A DNA stretch of 64,000 bases from Octopus bimaculoides (taxonomy: Eukaryota), in the NCBI RefSeq assembly GCF_001194135.2, contig NC_069004.1, positions 34,549,650 through 34,613,649 on the forward strand, in the 5' to 3' direction. Position numbers and translations under genes: made by a program. The stretch's first letter is position 1. Every line of letters begins with the position of its first letter. Positions 54,951 through 64,000 of the stretch are shown here, piece after piece. The notes beneath the pieces were generated by a model that was not told where the DNA came from, made no database searches, and was given only the letters and a program-made list of their open reading frames with translations.

Positions 54951-55479
54951 TTAATCAAAGATAGTATAATAGTATAATGGAGGAGTTTGGGGGGGGGACA
55001 ATTCTGAGTATAATAACCGTTTGGTAACAGCGAAAGTGATTATAATAAGCGACTTCCAGTGTATACTTGTCGATAATTTGTTTTCTCTTGCAGGGGTGAT
55101 TAGGGGGGGGGGTCTTCATCCGTTACTCTCTGACAAATAAAATAATAGCATCACTAGTCATCATCATTATTATTATTATTATTATTAATTTAATGTGCTG
55201 AACTGGCAAGATCGGTATCATGCCGGACAAAATGTTCCATGGCATTTTGACCGTCTTTACGTTCTGCGTTCAAATTGTGCCAAGGTCGACTCTGCCTCTC
55301 GTCTTTTCGGAGTCGATGAAGTAAGTACCAGTTGTGCACTGGGGGGGGAGGGTCGATGTAATCGACCATTCCCTTGCCACAAAATTGCTGGCCTTGTGCC
55401 TCTTTGGCGGTGAATTAACAGATTCTGAAGTGCGTCGAACAAAATATACGTCAAGGTGTTCGTTACAATCATTTACGTC

Positions 55480-56040
55480 CTAAGATCCTCAATCAGTATC
55501 ACCAATGTCGTCGTCATCATCATCATCATCACCATTATCAATATCATCACCGTTACTGGCATCATTGTCATCATCACCATTATCAATATCATCACCGTTA
55601 CTGGCATCATCGTCATCATCATCATTCTAATCAGCATCACGTAACGCTTTAAAGCAACTCTACCTTTCCTAATACAGTAATCCCACCGCTTTACTACTAC
55701 TACTACTACCATCACCACCACTTCAACCACCTCTATACTTCTACTACCACCACCGTCACCACCACCATCACCTTTCTACTGCTACCACCACCATCACCAC
55801 ACTACAACTACCACCATCACCTTTCTACTACTACTACCACCACCACTACAATCACCTTTCTACTACTACTACCACCACAATCACCTTTCTATTACTACTA
55901 CTACCACCACCACCACCATCACTACAATCACCTTTATACTTCTACCACCGCCATCACCTTTCTAGTGCTGCCACCACCATCATCACACGACAGCTACCAC
56001 CATCACCTTTCTACTACTACTACTACTACTACTACTGCTG
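55480..56040. repeat. (CAT)n/(CAC)n/(TAC)n-derived minisatellites
   Basis: 45-nt unit x2 (CATCACCATTATCAATATCATCACCGTTACTGGC..), followed by ~8 variants of ACCACCATCACCTTTCTACT. Confidence 0.85.
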
Positions 56041-58071
56041 CTCTTGGTTTCCTTTTCTTCCTTCACACGTTGGACGACCTCCCTCGTATTTAACCTTCCC
56101 ATCTGCAATTTCGCAGCCTTCCCTCCGGCCCTTAACTTGACTCCCTTAACACTAAACCCTGACACATCCCAAAGTATTGGCAAACATTCTAATTTCTGCT
56201 CTGTCCTTACCCGCCGGGGAGCGGCTGGTGGTGGTGGTGGTGGTGGTCATTTCCCGAGACTTTCCTCTTCCAGAATCTTCTTCTACCCACTTCCATACTC
56301 CTCTCGTGACCTGTTCTCTTCTCTGTTGTTCTTTGACCCATCCTCCCACCGGACATTCTTGGCCTTTCTCCGGCCAGTTCCACTCACCTAATGAACATTC
56401 TGTTGATTTTAGCTTCCTTCTGTCCATCTACACTTGTCCATATTCCTGTCATCTCCAGCCGCGACCTTATGACAAAGATCTTCGGTCAAGCCTCGGAACT
56501 GACCGCACCTGGAGGTTCTATTATTGGAACTGACGTAACCTCTCCCTCCCCCTCTCTCTCTCTCTCTCACAGACACACACGCCTTTCTGTATCACTCTCC
56601 CTCTCACTTTCACTCTCTATATGAACAAACATGGGCTACGAGAAAATAACTGACAATGGTCAATGGCGTGCATTTGAACACCACAAACAAATACAGGCAT
56701 ATCAGATACCATACAACATAAGTTCTTCGTCTATTAAAGTTATCTCCGCTAATATTGGATACGTCATAATTACCAGATGGCAATTAAAACCAGCTCCAAT
56801 TTGGGAATTGTGAAACATTCCCTCTATAGACGGAAATAATCTTCAGAAATTAAAAATCTATTTCATGATATTTCATAGTTTTTTTTTTTGGGGGGGGGGG
56901 TCATTTCCAAGTTAAGCTGAGCTCCTGGTAATTGCTCTTCCTAAAACCTGGCATTAGCGTTCCAGTATCAAAACCAATACCATTCCAGTCTCTGATCTGG
57001 TAACAGGTATTTTTTTAATGTCTTCACATACGTGCATATATATGTGTGTATATGTGTGTGTGTGTTTGTGAATTGGTATACACACGCACACACACGCATG
57101 CACACAAGCTACTTTCTCTCATTATGCATTCTTTCTACATATTTTGTATGCACACACACATACACACACACATACACACACAAATGTGAATTGGGAGGGA
57201 TATATAATTCGGGCGGATAGTGTAGTGGCTCTCAGTTATGTTCCAGGTTACGGTTATGCACACATATAAAGACGCACACATAACACGAACATATAAAATC
57301 TACGCAACGAAATGCACGTATGTATGCCTTATTTCTATAGACACACACACTCACACACACACACACACACACAAACAAACATGCGCACACAGAGATACAT
57401 TGGACAGAAAGTCAAACAGAAAGTGAGATAAACTGCCAGATAGAAATAAATGGATGGATGGATAGAAAATCAGACGGATAGCTAAATAGAATGCTAGATG
57501 CGTAGATAAAAAGATAGACAGATAGATAACTAAATATAATCATTGATTCTATCTAGCTAGAACCATAGATAGATAGATAATAGATAGAAAGACACTACAA
57601 AATGGAATATGTGTATATACATCGTTATATAAACTCACGCAACCCGCAAACACACTCGAACATACATACATGTATAGAGAGGGAATGAGCGATGGTACAT
57701 AACAGAATATATATATATCTTTATATAAATAAACTGCCCAGCCCTCATACACACACACACACACACACACATCAGCTCCCTTCATTTCATGCCAACTTAA
57801 ACGTTCTCCTCTGACCAGTTAGTGACCACGGTGGTCAGTTCAATTAACGCAGTGAAGCGTGGCATTCGATCTCAGCTTGGTCTTGCAAATCTCTCCAGCT
57901 GTGGTTAATGTCGTTATACTGATTGTTCCCCCTTGCTGCTTCTTTCCACAGCATGTGGAGATAAATGTGTGTGTGTGTGTGTGTGTGTGAGTATGTGTGA
58001 TTAGAGGGAGAGATGTTTATTTGGATGTGTGATTATATGCGTGTATGGAGGGGACGTATTTGCCATTGTAT

Positions 58072-58102
<31 letters not shown>

Positions 58103-58157
58103 AGTGATAGGTGTAGATACACTTAAATGGTGAGAGAGGAACTGCAGAATATATATG

Positions 58158-58189
<32 letters not shown>

Positions 58190-58358
58190 CACACACATAC
58201 ACACACTTTCACGGTGTGTGTGTGTGTGTGTGAAACCAATTCTGTTTTATAATAATCAAAGTAAATAACTCGGAGAGAAATAACAAAAGCTAAGATACTG
58301 TAGCTGATTAGATAGATAGAGAGAGAGAGTATACACACTGTGAGAGAGAGAGAAAGAC

Positions 58359-58411
<53 letters not shown>

Positions 58412-59578
58412 CAGACATACAGACAGATAGACAGGCAGATAGATAGATAGATAGATAAACAGACAAACAGACATAGATAGATGGCCAAGTAAATGTAAGG
58501 AGAACCAAGAGCAAAAAAAAAAGAAAGAGAAAGAGAAAAAACAAAAAAAAACCCAGCAAGTGGAATATTTCGGTGGTTGTAGCTTAAAGGTTTTGGTTAA
58601 CCTGACTACAATGGAGGAAGGAGGGCAAGAATGGAAGTCAGCAGAACCGCTCCACGCCATTTGCAAGCACCATCAGCACCAGCACCACCATCACAAAGAC
58701 AGCAAGGCTAACAGAATCAAGAAAAAGCTTTATTAACGAAGGACAACCCCTCCACCACCCCCGCCGCCAACAAAACAGAGAATTAGTACAATAGAAGCCT
58801 GAATAGTCTTTGATAACAAACGCCAATAAATAAAGAAAGAAAGAAAAAAAAACTACCAACGCCCAATCAGTGATGACAACAACAACAACAACAACAATGA
58901 CAACAACTACATTTACGACAAGCATCGCAAAATAAAAACACAAGAACAACAACATCGTTGTTGTTGTTGTTATTGTTGTGATTCGTTTTTAGCCCTAGGT
59001 CAGCTATTGTTCTGCTGACCTGTGATGATCAAAGACATTCCAAGCGTAACCATCCAGTTGTTTGATGGGGTTTTTTTTAAGAAATATTTTTTTCATACAT
59101 GTTTTGTTTTTGATTTTTTTCTCTCTCTTTTTTTTTTGCCACAGTGTATGTTGGACTACATTCATTAATGTATTGTTTCTATGGTTCTGTTAGACAGGCT
59201 CAGATGTTGTTGGCGGTGTTGTGGAAGTTCTTCATTGTTGTTGTTCTTGATGATGATGATGATGATGATGAGCAGGAGAAGAACGGCGAGGACGAGGGTG
59301 ATGACAATGATGTTGATTATGATGATGATGATTGAAATGTCGACTTATGTCGACGACAGTTATAATGATGACGATGATGATGATAATGGTACTGGAGCAT
59401 GTGCAGCTAGTAATGATGATGATGGTGGTGGTGGTGGTGGCGGTGATGATGATACTGATGAAGACGGTAGAAATGGTGGTTCTAGTGTTTCTAGTTATGA
59501 TGATGAACATGATGATGATGATGAAGATGATGATTTCCAGTGTATGTGTATGCGAGGGATCATGTTAGAGCTTGTGGC

Positions 59579-59623
<45 letters not shown>

Positions 59624-59677
59624 ATAACTTTCTGAGCTTTGTACCTCTTTAAAATGTATGCGTGTGTGTCAGAGTAG

Positions 59678-59737
<60 letters not shown>

Positions 59738-59936
59738 CGCAGTAAATATGTCAGTATTATATTATGGTTTATGGAACTGTGTTTCCCAAGACTGTCTTTG
59801 GAGTGTGAAATTCCACACGGGACTTCCCTGACTAGAATAAGTTTTATTGAAACATACTCACAAACACACACACAGACATGTATGCATATAAGCATATGTA
59901 GGTGTGTGTGTGTGCGTATATATATATGTATGTGTG

Positions 59937-59978
<42 letters not shown>

Positions 59979-60416
59979 TATATATACACATATATGTGTG
60001 TGTGTGTGTGTATTCAAAGAGCGAAAGAAATGCATATGTACCTATGTAAATTTGCGCGTTCGCACACACGCATGCACTCAGGCATACATGCATAAACATT
60101 ATCATTTACAAAAACGATTTGGCCCTAGAAGCTTAAAGTTTCCTAGGCTCAGTATGGAGAGTTGTCGGGTTCAAGTGGCCGAATATGCACACATACTCAC
60201 ACACACACATACACACAAGTATATAAATGTATATGCATATAAAATCTACATGCATATATATTTACATATACACACGTATATGAATAATATATGTATTTAT
60301 AAATTTATATATATATAGATCTGTATGAATAAAGGCACACACACATACATATCTATATACATATATACACAAATGAATGTAGATATATTCATATATATAT
60401 ATATTCCCTCTCTCTT

Positions 60417-60464
<48 letters not shown>

Positions 60465-60974
60465 TACACACACACAAATGTATTTACACAAACACACACA
60501 CGCAGGCATGCATGCACACACATAAATACGTATACACACATTGCAGCAGATAATTATGCTGAATCTGTCTGGCTAAAGCTTGCAGTAATTAGCCTAAGTT
60601 CTTAATGAGAGAAAATAATTGCACTGCTCGCCGTTTTTACACTTACTGACCCCAACAAACACCCTCCGGTTTTATTACGGTTGGGGCAATCTCCCGCTCT
60701 CACCATCACCATCTCCCTAGCATTCCAGATTTTACTCCGACTAAATTCACGTCTCAATGCCTACATGACTCTGGTTTACTGTCTGTGACTGTCTGAGGCT
60801 GGCTGAGTATCTCTGTGACGATATAAACGGAGAGGGAACAAAACAACAAATGGACAATAAAATACAGGGAACAGCAATAAAGAAAATTGTATATGTGTGT
60901 GGGCCTGTGTGTATACATAGACAAGTATATGTGCGTATGTAAGTATACACACTCAAAAATATGCATATATGAGC

Positions 60975-61013
<39 letters not shown>

Positions 61014-61015
<2 letters not shown>

Positions 61016-61055
61016 CAGGGTGGGTAAGATATTTGAGGACAGATTTACGATTACA
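61014..61055 (+). mobile_element. Isolated Tc1/mariner-like TIR
   Basis: TA-CAGGGTGGGTAAGATATTTGAGG follows a (TA)n tract. No matching other end was seen. Confidence 0.35.
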
Positions 61056-62999
61056 TATATACATATATGTATAGACAAACACACACGCATATATATGTAT
61101 ATATATATATGCATATATATGATTATACGCATGAAACGTGTACTGCAATATATGCGTGTATATATGTGTATACATATGACTGATGCGTATATAGTTTGCA
61201 TGTGAAAATATGTCAGGTTTTTAATTGAATATCTTTAGCATTTGTTGTTGAACGAGTGTTTGCGTTCAATATTTCTGTGCATCTCTGTAATACGTTTGAA
61301 TTGTATATTTTTAGATGCATTTAATGTATCTCTGCACATATCTATATATTTATATATCAAATAATAATAATAATAATATGTATACACACACATATCTCTC
61401 TCTCTCTTATATATATATGCATAAATACACCTGTTTAAATATACATACACAAAATTACCTCTTGATAAATTTATATATACATACATACATACATCTAAGG
61501 ATATACACACACGCACACATATACATGTGTATACAAACATACACACGCGTGTTTATGTCTATGTGAGATTAGAGGTTGTTAAAAGAAGGGAGCCTGTGTT
61601 TACTGGACCTCGAAGGCATCACATCACGCGTATAACTGAAAATCACAACTTACAACTATAAAAACTAGATGCTTCTGCTTATTTACTTCAGCTACCTTAT
61701 TATTATTATTATTATTATTATTTATTTATTTGTTATTATTATTATTATAAAAAGCGACGAGCTTGGCAGAAACGTTAGCACGCCGGACAGAACGCCTAGC
61801 GGTATTTCGTCTGTCGTTACATTCTGGGTTCAAATTCCGCTGAGGTCGACTTTGCTTTCATATTTTCGGGGCCGATTAAATAAGTACCTTCCCCCAAATC
61901 TCAAGCCTTGTACCTAGTGTAGAAAAGAACAGTTCTCACGCCGGATGAAATGCTTGGCATCTGCAGACTAGGCTTGGCGATAACTATTAATTTCCAGTAC
62001 CGCTGTCGTAGTCTCCTTTAGAGAGACTTAGAAATATTAATAACTCTATTTCTGAAAACCAGTGGATAGATTCCACTGAAATTAGATCAATAACTTTCGA
62101 ACAGATAGTCAGCAGCGCCGCCTGGCTAGGGCTTNNNNNNNNNNNNNNNNNNNNNNNNNNNNNNNNNNNNNNNNNNNNNNNNNNNNNNNNNNNNNNNNNN
62201 NNNNNNNNNNNNNNNNNNNNNNNNNNNNNNNNNNNNNNNNNNNNNNNNNNNNNNNNNNNNNNNNNNNNNNNNNNNNNNNNNNNNNNNNNNNNNNNNNNNN
62301 NNNNNNNNNNNNNNNNNNNNNNNNNNNNNNNNNNNNNNNNNNNNNNNNNNNNNNNNNNNNNNNNNNNNNNNNNNNNNNNNNNNNNNNNNNNNNNNNNNNN
62401 NNNNNNNNNNNNNNNNNNNNNNNNNNNNNNNNNNNNNNNNNNNNNNNNNNNNNNNNNNNNNNNNNNNNNNNNNNNNNNNNNNNNNNNNNNNNNNNNNNNN
62501 NNNNNNNNNNNNNNNNNNNNNNNNNNNNNNNNNNNNNNNNNNNNNNNNNNNNNNNNNNNNNNNNNNNNNNNNNNNNNNNNNNNNNNNNNNNNNNNNNNNN
62601 NNNNNNNNNNNNNNNNNNNNNNNNNNNNNNNNNNNNNNNNNNNNNNNNNNNNNNNNNNNNNNNNNNNNNNNNNNNNNNNNNNNNNNNNNNNNNNNNNNNN
62701 NNNNNNNNNNNNNNNNNNNNNNNNNNNNNNNNNNNNNNNNNNNNNNNNNNNNNNNNNNNNNNNNNNNNNNNNNNNNNNNNNNNNNNNNNNNNNNNNNNNN
62801 NNNNNNNNNNNNNNNNNNNNNNNNNNNNNNNNNNNNNNNNNNNNNNNNNNNNNNNNNNNNNNNNNNNNNNNNNNNNNNNNNNNNNNNNNNNNNNNNNNNN
62901 NNNNNNNNNNNNNNNNNNNNNNNNNNNNNNNNNNNNNNNNNNNNNNNNNNNAAAATATTCGCCTGTGTATGCACATTCATGTACGTGTATATACGTAAC

Positions 63000-63041
<42 letters not shown>

Positions 63042-63569
63042 TGTGTGTGTGTATCACCCTATCTGCACAGAAAAAGCAAAATGAAATGAGTATTTAGGCA
63101 GAACGAAAATTGAGAAAACTAAGTAAAGCAAATTCCCTAATAATGTTTATCGCTACTGTAATTGTGTTTATCTTGTGTAATTATATTTACCGCTATTGTA
63201 AAATTTAATTTACTGGTCGTGCGTGAATTGTGTTTTAATGAAATTGAAAGAACTTTGATATCATTCCTGCTAGTGGAGACGGTGTGTGCGCGTATGTGTG
63301 TGTGTGTGTGTGTGTGTATGTGAGAGATAAAGAGTGGGTGTGTATGTGTACGTATGTATGTGGGATGTGTGTATATGTTAGAGTGTGTGTGCACATAAGT
63401 ATTTTCTCGCGTTATCTATATACATACACAGATATGCGTCTATGTATATATATTTACATACACATATATATATAACACACAAATAAATATACATATATAG
63501 ACACACGAAGATATATATATATATACACACACAAATATATATATACATATACATCCATACATATATATT

Positions 63570-63619
<50 letters not shown>

Positions 63620-63701
63620 CATATTTACGTATGTATTTGAATATACATCTATGTGGATTCGTAATATGTAGGTAATATGTATGCATGTATGTATGTATAC
63701 A

Positions 63702-63737
<36 letters not shown>

Positions 63738-64000
63738 TGTTTTTATGCTTGTATGCATTGTTTCTTCAATTGTATTGAACTTTACAACTGGAACTAAGTC
63801 AGATTATAATAAACATTTTGTTGAAAATTCGATATGCGCTGGAAATCTCATCTCGTCTCTCATTTACAGCTTTTGCACCTCCACACAGACGTCGGTCGAA
63901 CTATTTCTGATCATTGCTGTTTACAACTGGCTCTTCAAATGTACACTTGTTTCCCCTTTTCTTAACGCTTTCATCTCTTAAGGGACAGTGCTTCATTTGG

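Noticed and set aside
59771-60150. FPRLS(L/M)E in two nearby ORFs, suggesting a PRXamide-like neuropeptide repeat
   Set aside because: The two are in different frames separated by microsatellite, with no amidating Gly or dibasic sites. A chance match is plausible.

Overview
Repeat-saturated eukaryotic (metazoan) DNA from a gapped short-read assembly, with about 15 N-gaps mostly flanked by (TA)n/(CA)n. The SINE content, the microsatellite density and a mollusc-like mitochondrial ND5 insert point to an octopod cephalopod (inference). Nearly all ORFs in the supplied track are microsatellite artefacts. Supportable content: (1) two adjacent minus-strand exons encoding the C-terminal half of a fasciclin (FAS1) domain (25432-25784); (2) an intact-frame ND5 NUMT (12960-13303) beside a gypsy-type PPT+LTR; (3) minimal type I hammerhead-ribozyme motifs of the Penelope/retrozyme kind (1728-1769, degenerate at 46312-46347 and ~12894-12920); (4) two R4/Dong-clade LINE 3' ends next to (TAA)n; (5) RTE-group LINE fragments in opposite orientation; (6) Tc1/mariner relics and a piggyBac-type MITE; (7) at least five tRNA-derived SINE families, several as close inverted pairs. 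No prokaryotic genes, CRISPR arrays, rRNA or intact tRNA genes were seen. All translations and alignments were done by eye, with no database searches.
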